From the NCBI GenBank assembly GCA_002189035.1, contig CM007990.1:1674001-1738000 (forward strand): a stretch of 64,000 nucleotides of DNA. Reading direction: 5' to 3'. The notes below the pieces were generated by a model that was not told the DNA's origin, did no database searches, and was given only the letters and a program-made list of their open reading frames with translations. Below, one piece after another: positions 48,900-61,335 of the stretch (its first letter is position 1; each line of letters opens with the position of its first letter). This DNA comes from Utricularia gibba. Its lineage: Eukaryota; Plantae; Magnoliophyta. Both the position numbers and the translations under genes were made by a program.

Positions 48900-50950
48900 A
48901 CATTGCCTTCTTCCATAGGAATTTCATGAATTCTTAGTCCTGGATCAACATGAGATGGCATTGAATTTGAAACTTCTTGATATCCTTTCTTTTGTTGAAG
49001 CAAGACTTAAAGTTCAGACTTCAACGTGCCAATTATTGTTGGAAGTTGAGCCAATACTTATGAGTTGCCTACTCAACAAACCGCTTTCATTGTTCCAACA
49101 TTTCCTCGAGGTGGTCTATAGGAGTTGTCATAACAGTGGGTTGTGGAATAGGAATTTGCGGCCATTTGTTCAATTAGTAATGGTTCTCTAATATTGATCC
49201 ATTACAAGCGGCATCCATCTATTCATGGATCATATAGGAGTCAATCCTTCATAAAAATGCTGCAGGATTTGGCTTTCAATGAGTCCATGCTATGGGAAAA
49301 AATTGCGGATTCAGTTAAAGCGATAATAATACTCTTGCAAATTTTTTCCTTCGCTTTGCATCATAGTGGTCAAGGCTCTCCTTCCAATTGAAGCTCTTCC
49401 TAGTGGTGCATGACGATCCAAAAATTTTTGAACCATTTGCTCTCATATGGAAATAAAAGATGACGGTAGCTCATAAAGCCACTCAAAAGCTCATTCAGTA
49501 AGATTGAAGGGAAAAACACGTAGCTTGACTTGATTCTCCATTGCTCCATTGGGGTGTGCAACTCACGAAGATGATGATTAGGGTCATCATTTTCCCTTCC
49601 AGTAAACTTTGGAAGTATTTGGAATAAGTAAGAACATAGCTCTTAGTCTTTTTCTTCATCAAAGATGATGCATAAGAGATAGTCAAAATGATTTGAAATG
49701 ATTTCTTCATTGATGGTTCATAATGCTAGTCCAAGGTTAACATGAGGCAACACTAGAAAGTTTCCGTGAGGGTATTCTCCTTGAGTCTCAGGAGCTATAT
49801 TTACTCCAATGGGTATATGTGTCGTCATGATTTCTCCAATGGTTAAACATGATGTCTACTCCCTCTTTTTGGCAAGAAAGGTTCATTTGACTACTTGATC
49901 TAAAGGATATATAGAACTTTTCGATAAGGTCTCAGACTTGGACGAACCCTTGATGGATCTGGCTGCATAAAAAAGAAAAATTGAGTAGAAATGGAGACAA
50001 GATAAAAAGTATAAGAAGAAGGAAAAATAAAAGAAAGAAAAATAAAAAGAAAAAAGAAAAACGAAACGAACACACACAATACCAAACACAAGAAAAAAAT
50101 CAACTCTCCAACGATAGTACCAAAAATTAGATGCATGTCATTCCACAACATATTTTAAAGAATTTTAACACATAAAACACAAAATATGTAGTATGGGTAT
50201 CGAACACAAGGAATTGTTTTTCAAGGGAAGGGAATGGTGAAGTTACACCGAATACAACTATCACGATTTATAAACGGATTTATAAAATAAAAAATGGTAG
50301 AAACATAATAATGAAGGTTGAGTAAAGAAATTGTAACCAAGTATTCTAATCCTCTAAATACTTGGTTATAAGAGTAATGAATTGATTACTTTCTCTTACA
50401 CTCTCCTACAAAGAGGCATTAGAATAGCTCGATATTACTCCCGCTTAGACGAACAGGAAGATTAGAGATCTAGCTGTCGTTCACAAGCGAATTGCGTACG
50501 TGTGTTCTAGTGTTGCCAATGACCCAATGAGTCCAGATAAGAGATTACTATCTATACATTGATCCTAAAATACGAGCATAGACAAAATGTTGTTTCCCTC
50601 AAACCAAAAGTGTGTGAGTTGATGCTTTCTATCCTGTTCCTCTTCAAAACTCATAAGTAGTGACTAGCTAATCATAAATCTTGAATAAGAGATTGTTACA
50701 AAAAGATTGTAACATAATTCCACGAAGACATATGGAACCCGATCAGATTCAAAGAAGTAATTGAGATTAATTAATGAAATGTAGAGGTGGGAGTCTCCCA
50801 ACCCAGAAACAAGAATTTCTAGTCGTGAATGAACATACAAAGCAAGAAAAGTGAAAACAAATTTTTAAAGAAAAGTTAGAGAAAAATTCTCTAGAGATAC
50901 AAACAAAGTTTGAAACTCACATTTAAACTTCAACTAAAACTCCTATTTGA
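48900..50950 (-). mobile_element. Truncated Athila-like Ty3/Gypsy element (LTR, degenerate PBS, gag)
   Basis: Minus-strand gag LPKFTGRENDDPNHHLRE, ENQVKLRVFPFNL, EWLYELP, QILQHFYEGL, DAACNGS. PBS-like sequence at 50105-50122; LTR-type GGGTATCGAACACAAGG motif near 50196. Boundaries approximate. Confidence 0.75.
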
Positions 50951-51804
50951 GTTTTTGTATTCTTATAATCCTGTTGTGGTCTTCAATGAATTGCAAGGAG
51001 CTCTTACCCTGACACTATTATATTAATGATTTTTTCTTATTCTGAAAATCAATAAGAATGTCACTTCAGAAAGATCTATTTTGTCACCATGTAATGCTCC
51101 TTTCTCAACTTCTTAAGTGCTCACCTCTAATAAAATTTCAATAAAATTAGATTAAAATATTATATAAAACACATGAATTAAGATAATTATCTTAATTTAG
51201 ATAAAATTTAAAACTTATATTATAAACTCACAATTTGACAATTCTAATTGCATTTAAACATAGAAAATGACATAAAAGATAGTAATAAAATGACATTTGA
51301 CACATGCATAGATTTTACACAAGTAATAACCTACACGTGCATGGTTGACTCTAGTATACAAATATTGATGAAAAGCAATATGAAATAAATTAAAAAATGT
51401 TGGACTCTATATTGACTTCCAAACTGACACAAATATTTTGGATCTTCCTCAATAGCTTGATACTTTGGCATTTATATAGAGATGGAGATTTATCGGGTTT
51501 TCTTGATGAGATTTTATATAAAACTTGTAGTATTTGAAAATCTTTGATTAAGTATTTATCCGCATAAGTCCACTTAAACAAGTTTATTCTAATTTGCTAT
51601 ATTTTATGTCAAAGTTATCTTGAAAAATCATAAAATACACACTTGAAACCACTTGGGTTTTGAACATCATCTTCCTTGAATGTGAATCACGAACACGATA
51701 TGGAAGTTGGACGAAAAAATGTATAAGCAGCGATGCAGCAGTTGCGCTGAAATCGAATGCATGATAATGAATCAACAAATTAATGGAATGAACCAAATTC
51801 TGTT

Positions 51805-53578
51805 CTAGAAAAAGGCTTTGATTGGTGCAGTCGACGCCACGTGATAAAGCCTTGGGTTCATGGCTGTGAAGTTGATGGCTGGCTTCAGTTTCATCATCAT
51901 CTTGCACTTTGCAGCTGCTGCAACTCCAACTCTTCCCCTGGAGACTCTGCCATTCCCTCCTGCAGCTTCGTCCCGTCCGTTTCCCCTTAGCCTTCTTTCA
52001 GTCGATAATAGCCGAGCGAACCTGAAGAAACCCAGAAATGTCAACGGATGAATCCTCCTATTTGGATTGATGGAGTGATCTGGGTGGATTTTGATGCGAA
52101 AGGGTACCTGCTTAGAGCATCCTTATTGGTGAGATCAGTGGTGACCGGCTCAGTCAACCCGGTGTCCAAGTTAACTCTGGAAATCGGGTTCGTCAGCAGC
52201 CGCTGCCCAATTTTCACAAGCCGTTGCAGGTTTTCCGCAGTAGACAGGTCCACTGAATCCTCACTCCCGCTCAGTTGATCATCCTGCAGACGACGCAGCC
52301 ATCGTGAAAAATGTCGAAAGGTAATTGAGAGTGTGACATGAGAGGATATATACCTGAATTCTAAGGTAATTGATCTCCGAGTAGAGAGCCTGGAAGACCA
52401 TGGTAGTGTGGAAGTCCACCATGTCTGCACTTGCTTGGCTGAGGATTTCGAACAGCGGCGTGTTGTTGCCGTGGCGCATCCAGTCGATGATGCCCCATTT
52501 CGCCGCCTGTTTGCTATCGTACTTCTCCTCGAGCCGAGCGACTCCGGTCCCAACGGACAAGGTAAGGAGACGGGGCTGGTCCATGGGGGCCCTTTGGAAG
52601 AAGTCGGTTTCGCTGCGGATCAGTTGTCTGGTCACATTTGATATGGCAATCAGAGCCTGTGGAAGCACACAAGATAGAGTAGTCAGCAAAAGGGTGAATC
52701 TTTCATGTTTGGATGAAGAGGAGGATCTGTTCTTCACCGGATTATTCGCTGCGACACCGCCGTCGATGAGATTGTAATCGCGAGTGTTGCCGTTTCCATC
52801 GGAGGTGGTGAACTCGTGCGCAGGAAAGATGGTCGGAGCTGCAGAGGTACTGATGCAGACATCCGACAGCTTCGGGTCAATAAGAGGTGATCTCTTTGCC
52901 TGCCCAAAGAAAAGACACTATTTGAATCACCTGACCTAACAACCTGCTTTAGAAACAAGAATTGGTTCGCTGGGAGAAGGAAAATGGAGAACACACCTCG
53001 TAGGAGGAGAAGAATACAGGCTGCAGACGCTTGATGTCAAAGGCAGGGATGACGACATTAGTCAAGGCCTGGCTCAGCTTCGTGTCCTTCAGCTTTTCCT
53101 TCAACAAGCTGTGAAGATACTTGCCGTCATACAGCGGCCCCATTAGCGACTTCACCACCCTCCCAAAGGGAATCCAGCTTCTGATAAACGATGATACAAA
53201 CCGTGATCCTCAAGAGCAGTAAAATAGAAGATATGTACTCGGAAAAAGGTGGTTCGCTACTTACTGCTGCTGGGGGAATATTTTGGGGCAGTTCTCCAAG
53301 TAGAAGGGGGTGATGTCCTTGGCGGCGTAGAGAGGGCGGTTGTTGGCATCCGGCGCGGTGAGCATCGCCGTGACGAGACCACCGGTGCTGGTTCCGGCGA
53401 TGACGTCGAAGTAATCGGCTAGTCTGGCATCCGGGCCGTCCATCTTCTGAAGCTGAGACTCGAGGTATTCGAGGATCGCCGCGGGGATGATTCCCTTCAC
53501 GCCACCGCCGTCGATGCTCAGGACGGTGATGTAACGATCGTACTCCGGCACCTGAGCGATTGAACTGAATGATTCCAT
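51805..53578 (-). CDS. Patatin-like phospholipase A (pPLAII class), copy B, same sequence as copy A
   Basis: Each position x in copy A maps to 97038-x. All six-frame ORF translations are identical between copies, and the introns checked are identical. Confidence 0.95.
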
Positions 53579-54679
53579 TTGATCAGGGACGATGCTGGCG
53601 AAAGCTCCTCTTCCAAGAATGTCTCCCGTGGTGTTCGACAATATGATCGGAAGCCGCCCCCAGGTGCTATTTATACACCCCGCAGTGGACTCGTTTGTCT
53701 TATTGAACTTTCTCCTTTGACCACTTCTTGAACTCGTTTTTCTTATTCATAATCCTGCACTTTGAAACCATTTGTTTCAATTTTTTAGTATTTGAAGAAC
53801 ACGAAAATATGGTTCTAATTAGAATAATAATCACATATATTAAATTATCAGATTCAATTCCAAATTTAAAATTTTAATTCGATTCCTTAAAATTAAGCAC
53901 ATGTTTCGTATTAATAATTTTCTAAAATAATTATATTTTATTTTTGAAAATTCAGCAATTCGGAACTGCTGCGGTTCCTAATTTGTGGCGTTTCTTATAA
54001 AAGTTATTTCCGTCGCCCTATTAATAAAATATAGGAAATATATTTCCTCTAATGTTGGTTTGAAAAGTAACAGTCTCCGTCTGATCATAACTATCAAAAA
54101 TGCATTTGTTTTCAGAATTTATTAAAATATTACAATTTTCGCTCCACATTTATTTTTTTTATTATTGATATTTCTTTTTACAAAGCATTTATCACTAAAA
54201 CAAAATGTTGGTGAAAAATGAAAAACAAAAAAAGATTTGGAATTGTTTTTTGTTCCCGCGTTTTTTGGTTTTGCAGTCAACTCTGCGAAACGGTTGACTA
54301 CCAACATTGACTTTGTGCAAATACTTGCCGCGTCCACATTGTATTTTTTTTTTACATTTTCATTACAAATTAATAAATTAGCCATTAATGTTTAAATTAA
54401 GTGCGTTATTTTAATGGTTTTAATATTTTTTAAAATTTCATGTGTCTTTACGTGTTTGAATATTAATGTATTTGAAAGCATGATAACAATGCTTTTCATT
54501 CACTGTAATATGATTTAATAATGGATTTAAACATAATAAAATTTATTATATTGTATGCAGGTGACAGTTTGAAGCATATTATATTTGTATAGCAAACTCA
54601 ATCGCTAATTACTTCATTCCACAAGAACTTTTATGTTGTTTTTCAGGAGCCAAATAGCCTCCTACCCACGAGAGCGATT

Positions 54680-55102
54680 GATCATGCAATCCCGTTACTA
54701 CCAGGGCGGTACCAAAGCGTTACTCACCTTATTGCATTCCTCACCATCTCAGAAAAGTGTTAGAAAAAATCGTTGGTGAACTCTTAGCTGCTGATTTTAT
54801 ATACCAGAGTAGAAGTTCATTCTCTTCACCCATTTTGTTGGTTTCGAAGAAAGATGGAGTTTGACGAATGTGTATCGATTTCTGATACCTCAATATTATT
54901 TCGGTAAAACATGAATTTTACATTCTTATTATTGACGATCTCTTGAATAAAATTGCATGATTCTTAATATTTTTCAAAGCTAGATCTTCGTTCTGGTTAT
55001 TTTTAAATTAGAATGCAAGAGCAATACATTTTTAAAACCAGTTTTTCTACTCATTAGGAACACTACGAATTTCTTGTTATGTCGTTCGGTCTTACAGGCG
55101 CC
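54680..55102 (+). mobile_element. Ty3/Gypsy reverse transcriptase fragment
   Basis: DHAIPLLPG...SRSSFSSPILLVSKKDG.*RMCIDF..LN...IDDLL...FSKLDLRSGY..IRM...KTSF..H..HYEFLVMSFGLTGAP. Confidence 0.85.
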
Positions 55103-56416
55103 CTCTACGACCCGACATTGACATTGTACAAATACTTGCCGTGTGCACATTGTACGGCATATAAATAATAAAATGAAAAATGCACCCAAATTTTATCGCT
55201 TTGTTTTTTTAACACTTTTATTACAAATTAATAAATTAGCCAATAATGTTTAAATTAAATACGTTATTTTAATAGTTTTATTATTTTTTTAAATTCAGGT
55301 GTCTCTACGTGTTTGAATATTAAGGTATTTAAAAGCATGATAACAATGTTTTTCATCCACGATAATATGATTTAATAATGAATTTAAACATAATAAAATG
55401 TTATTATATTGTATTCAAGTGTTAGTTTGAAGCATATTATATTTGCATTATAAACTCAATCGCCAACTGCTTCATTCCACAAGAAGAGTGCATTCGTTAC
55501 CAGAAGATGAAGCATGCCCATCCGATCACTTGCTTTCGGTGCCTATGTTCAGAGAGAGGTGTTGTAATACTTGGCAGAAAAGCGACCGGCATTTGCCACC
55601 ACATCCTTCATAGTAAATGGATAATTGCTGCAATGTAAATCCAGGGCTTCTTCCTCATACGACTGACCATTAACTGCAAGCCAATCCTGTCGATGTGATG
55701 ACCAACAACCAATGAATTTATTTGGGTGCAACTTATCAGAAGAGTGCTTATTCTAGTTTTGATGGAGATAGAGTTATTTGATGACCCCATCCCCTATTGA
55801 AGGAGCCTTTGTGTTATACTAGGAGAATCAAGTTTAATAGAGCTACCAGGAATTGGAACTTGTTTAGAATTTAATTGTAATTTTTATATTTGAACAATGT
55901 CCTAACCTTAGATATATGTAAGCCATAATTTTTTATGTAAACACAATTTTTATCTTATGATTGTCTCACTTAGTTATTGAAGGTTTTTTTGAGTAGGAAT
56001 AAATCAAGATTTTCTTGATTTTTATTTACTGTTTTTTGACTTAAACATAAACATTTAACTGCTTAGTTAGTTTTCACTTTTCAATTTGGTCATTATCTAT
56101 TTAATATTAACGATGAAAAGTGGTAGTTGAAAAATTTATTCTATCCAATAAATCTCAAGTGAGTTGTCAAATAATCATTTCAATATAACATGACAAATTC
56201 CACTTGTCACTTTTTTATTGCTATATGAATTGGCTTTTTTGGATAGGCGAGATCACAAGTTCAGGAAAATTTATTTTTGTTTCATTATTGCTCATCCTTT
56301 CCGTAAGGTCTGAATACAAATCAGATCAAACAAAACACATGAACTAAGAATTATAGCAGCAAATAATATATTTTTTTCAAATAAACAAACAATCACTAGA
56401 CATAGATCAATCTTAT

Positions 56417-56448
<32 letters not shown>

Positions 56449-56819
56449 CTAGACTTATATTGATTAACTAAATTTGATCAAATAGTTAACAGAACATATA
56501 ATCATAAATCAACCCCAAAAAACCATCGGATAAAACTAAACATAGCAAATGCCATTATTCTAACAAAACTTACATAAAAGCTCAATGATTGGCAATAATC
56601 CGATACAAATAATTGCAAAACAGAATATGTATTTCAATAAATCTTCTCATTTTGATCCACTCATTCCAAATACATTGAACATGAAAGACAATCCATGTAA
56701 GTATTCCATTACCAATGTTTTCAAATGATGATAAACTCTAAGAGGTCATAATACTATCATTACCTATCTCATTATCATAATAGTCATCTGAAACCTCATC
56801 TTCATAAGGGTCTTTGGTC

Positions 56820-57090
56820 GTCTCTCAACATATAAAATTGTGATGCAAGGCATGTCATTGATGATCTGGATTTGCATATTTATGGGATAGAATGAGGCCG
56901 AATGCAATATACCCTATCTTTTTTTATAATTTCCCAAGTACTTTCAATAACATTATGTGACTTTACATGCAGCATATTAAAGTATTCTTTTTTATCTTGA
57001 GGAATTTGAGTACCTTCGTCTCCAATCTTTAAGATGGTAGCTTATGCCTCTATATGGTGTCAAAAACCTTCACTATTCACATATTCATTG
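56820..57090 (-). mobile_element. PIF/Harbinger transposase remnant
   Basis: FLTPYRGISYHLKDW...PQDKKEYFNMLHVKSHNVIESTWEIIKK...HNFI, matching the DDE_Tnp_4-type GFL.PYRG.RYHL..W...FN.RH...RNVIER pattern. Confidence 0.8.
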
Positions 57091-58559
57091 TCCACCAAAT
57101 AATAATAACCTAGAAAAATCACAACAACAAAAATTAAGAAAGTTGGTATATAAATAATGCACAAACATATAGACATACCGCACACTTAGGAACACAAAAT
57201 GGATTCCTCTATATAAGTGCATTCTGTAATACTTGTTCATTTAAAACAGAGACTTCGCATCCTGCTAGTACATATATGAAACACATTTTACTATCACAGA
57301 CTCCTATTACAATGGTTGCTATTGATCCTTTACATGTTCGATAATGAGGTTTATCCACCCCCTCACCATGATATTCACATAAATTTTATCTAATGCACTT
57401 AAACAATTCTAACACCAGCAACAAATTATAATAAATATCTATTTCATTTTAACACCAATAACAAATATTGACTTAGAAGTATATTATGAAATATATGTTA
57501 CCTCAAAAAATTTGAAGCATGAACCATTATTGTTGCAAATGGGCTTTGGCTTAATTAACAATGTATTATGAAGCTTAAGAACATATTTTAGAACTTGAAT
57601 AAATTATATGCTACAGCCGTAAATCTAAAAAAAATCAAATTTTTTATTTAAGAACAAATTTTTGAGATCTTGTCTTATTGTGATGTACTAGTACACCAAA
57701 AAAGAGTGAAACATTTTCTTTAATGGAGACCCACCTAGAGTTTTTAAAACCAGAAAATTGTTGTAAAAGAAAGTAAAGTTGGCCAAAAGTATCTTAACTC
57801 AATTGCAAATTCTCCTCTAATGTTGATTACCAAATTGCACAAATATTATTCTTGCTTTGGTCATCTAGCCAAAAGGAAATAGTGTCGTGCTTTCTTCTTG
57901 CGTGTCAAATTCCAATGCAAACAACAAGCTAATCTTACCATAGCCCATTGAATCACAATAACTTTTACAATCAAGGAAACAATAGAATGATTCCAATGCA
58001 CTACCATGAAAGAGATTGAATAAAATCGACATAAATGAGGGATTTTTGAGAGATTGGAGGAGATGAATGATTGAGATGTGTTTACCAGATTTCAAAGGAC
58101 AATTTTGGTATAAAATAACAAGTATTAGATAAAATAAGGGAGGAATGTTGTCTTATTCAAACCATTGAACATGAGTTAAAAAAAATGTGACAATCACGAG
58201 ATTATTTAAATACACGAAGTAAACTATAATTTGTAATCCTACTTTTAAATCCACTTAATCATTTCAAACAAACACTCTCATAGTATTCAACTCCATCCAC
58301 CTCAAGACTATTCCATGCTTTCTCAAAAAGTTTTCAAAAATTCTCATGGGTCATCCATGAATTGAAAAAACCTAAAAGGCTGTGATCCAAAGTCTCTATT
58401 TTCGAGTATTAGAATTATGGGACAATGATCAGACAAATATATTTATAATCCCTTGAAAGTGATTTACCTCCATTGTATATAGATAGCTGAATAGCATATA
58501 CATATTAATTCAACTAATTTTCATTCTCAAGGTATGGTACCATGTAAACATTCTTCTCT

Positions 58560-58900
58560 ATAATGGAAAATCTTATAATGGATTTACTATACTCCATTTG
58601 TGCTCTATTCCCTAAACATTTTCTTCTCTCGCTCATATTTGTACCACGTTAAAATCTCCCATAAAACCCATGTATCCAGTCCTATTATTATTCAATATTT
58701 CCAAATTTTCCCTCAAGCATTTTTCTTTTCTGACATATTGGAACATAAATGTTTATCATACAATACTTATAATCTATACCCTCCCATTTACCTATAATTA
58801 TAATTGATTGCCATAAAAAACATTTTCTTTACCAAATTGTTGCCATTCTCAAATTGAAATCAAACCACTAGATCTACCTTCTACTAGTTGCCAATGATAG
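58560..58900 (-). mobile_element. LINE (L1) endonuclease remnant
   Basis: Minus-strand CMINIYVP...FMGDFNVV, typical of the plant L1 APE domain (NIYAP, GDFN). Confidence 0.6.
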
Positions 58901-61157
58901 TGAAATCTCAATATCTCCCACAAACTCACTATTAATCTCTCTATTTTCTTCCTTAGCTTCATCTCCTAGACCATAAGTATATTAAGTTTTTCTTATTTTA
59001 TCAATCTTTTAAATACTATCTATTTTTTCGTCTACCTAATCTTGAATATTGATACTTATCACTTTCTTCAAAATCATGCGTTTCTTTACCCTGAAAGCTT
59101 TTCAAAGATTTATGGATGTTAACAAACCCATCATAACCTTTGTCTCCTTAATCAATTGCATTGAATTTTGATCTTCACTACCCTTATTTCTTGTTTACTT
59201 TTCCTCAATGAACTTTTTTGTCGATGAATTGATCCAATTCTTTCTCTTTGTTCTTAGCTCTTCCATTTTCGCTCAACACTCGTTTTCCTTTTTGATTTTG
59301 TTTATAAGTTTTCTTTTCCCTCCATCACTTTCCTTGATGAAATTTGCTTTCCAGTGGACATTCATCTTGTTTCCACACCCATCTTACTCAAAAGAACATT
59401 CATGAATCCCCCCAACTTCAACTCCAATATGCTCATCTTACTCATTCAGAGTGTCTTTATTACTCCCATAAATTATGTCATTTTTTAAATTTTGTTTTGT
59501 TTCATGTAAAACACTATCACCCTCTTTATTTACCAAAGTTAACTTTTATCCCATATTATTTAGTATAAAAACTAACTTTGCGAAAAACGCATTAATAATT
59601 TAACAATAATATTATAAATTTAAAATTTTATAATTTAAAGACATATATAAAAATATAATAGTACAATTTATGTATTCTATAGATTAAGGAGTAGAAGTCC
59701 CATTAGAACTTACATATTTTAAGATTGTAATGATTTAAAGTATTACACTATCATAACATTATATATTAATCTTTTGATAATTATCATAATGAAGTAACTA
59801 TAAGACTACATATTCATCATTTATAATCCCAAGATATATACGAATGCATTAATAGTGTATATATTTTATATGATCGAAGAGGAGAAACTCCAATAGAATT
59901 TTTATGTTTCATTATCGCAATGATTTAACTATCCTCACATGTATATTCATTTTTTCAACAGCTAATATAAAGAATTAACTATAAATGTGCATATTTATCT
60001 TTTATAATCGTAAAAAATATAATATTAGAATTTCATAATTTATAGAATCGAGTAAAAGAATCCCCATTAGAATTTACGTATTTCAATGTCATAATGATTT
60101 ATAGTATTACATTATATAAAAGTTACATATTCATTTTTTTTTACGATCACAATGATTTAATTATAAAATTATATATTGATATTTTATAATCATTAGTTCT
60201 GTTTCATCTTATACTAAATCAAATTATACAATATGAAGTTTTGTAATAACTACGAATAAGTAAAATAATTTTTAGGTTATAAACAGAGAATTTTTTAATC
60301 TGAATGGAAATAAATTCTTTTGTTATTTATTACTTTTAATATTCTTTGACTTCAATATAATTAAATTTTGTATAAATTTATTAAAAGTTAGATTCAATAC
60401 CAACTTCTTGGGACTTAAAAATTGGAATTTTTATTAAATATAAATCCTAGTATTTAAAGATGAATTTATATTTAAAAAAATTTTAGAATTTTTTAGTATA
60501 GACATTAAAGAATAAATTGAATGAAAAAAATAACGATAATTTGAAAAATTTTAGAAAATAACAGAAAATGTTAAAATGGTACATTGGAGAGTTTTTTTTT
60601 AAACCCATTAAACGTAAAATAAAATTTTAATCATATTACGCAACAAGTTTTAACCTAAAAATATTATTTTTGGCATGCATAGAATAATCATTTGATTTTA
60701 AAAATTAATAAATAATATAGTTTAAAAAAAGAAGAAAAAAAAAGGAGAATATGTATATTTTTATGTCATGGATCCGTGTTCCGGTGAGGGAGGTTTGCTG
60801 TTAGGTATTCATAATGCATGCACGCTGAAGGTTCCATGTCAGACAGCGACATCAAATATTGCATTTTTTAAGGAGCATGAATATGCATCTATGTGGTTAT
60901 GTAATTCAGGATCGGATTGGTGAATAAATTTCCAAAAAAATTACTTTATATAATACCTTACTTTTAGTATAGTTTGTAAAATAACTCTTATCATCTTGTT
61001 ATAATTATGTCATTAGATTCTTAAATATTATTTGAATCAATTCAAATAATGTTTCAGAATCTAATGACACATAATATAAATTTAAAATAAAAATATACAT
61101 TTCATTCAAATAATACCTAATGATTGAATGATATAATTATGATGAATTAAGAAAGGG

Positions 61158-61335
61158 TATTTCATAAACTGCATCAAAAATAGGTTATTTCACAAATTAA
61201 TATTGGTGAAAACTATATATCACCAATTTATTCACATAATTATGATAAATTAACAGAGGCTATTTCATAAACTATATCAAAAATATGTTATTTCACAAAG
61301 TAATAATGGTGAAAACTGTATATCACCAATTTATT
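61158..61335. repeat. Tandem duplication, period ~103 bp (MULE-TIR-like sequence)
   Basis: TATTTCATAAACT..ATCAAAAATA.GTTATTTCACAAA.TAATA.TGGTGAAAACT.TATATCACCAATTTATT at 61158 and 61261. Confidence 0.8.

Larger units (their letters stand above)
51675..55675 (-). repeat. Right arm of large inverted duplication
   Basis: Reverse complement of 41897-45365, plus an extra internal duplication and a Gypsy RT fragment. Confidence 0.93.

Noticed and set aside
808-53578. Possible biosynthetic gene cluster (AXS + DABB cyclase-like + patatin lipases)
   Set aside because: The genes are interspersed with housekeeping genes (RPB8, PPR, RopGAP). There is no scaffold-forming enzyme or tailoring set (P450, UGT, PKS, TPS) and no co-expression evidence.
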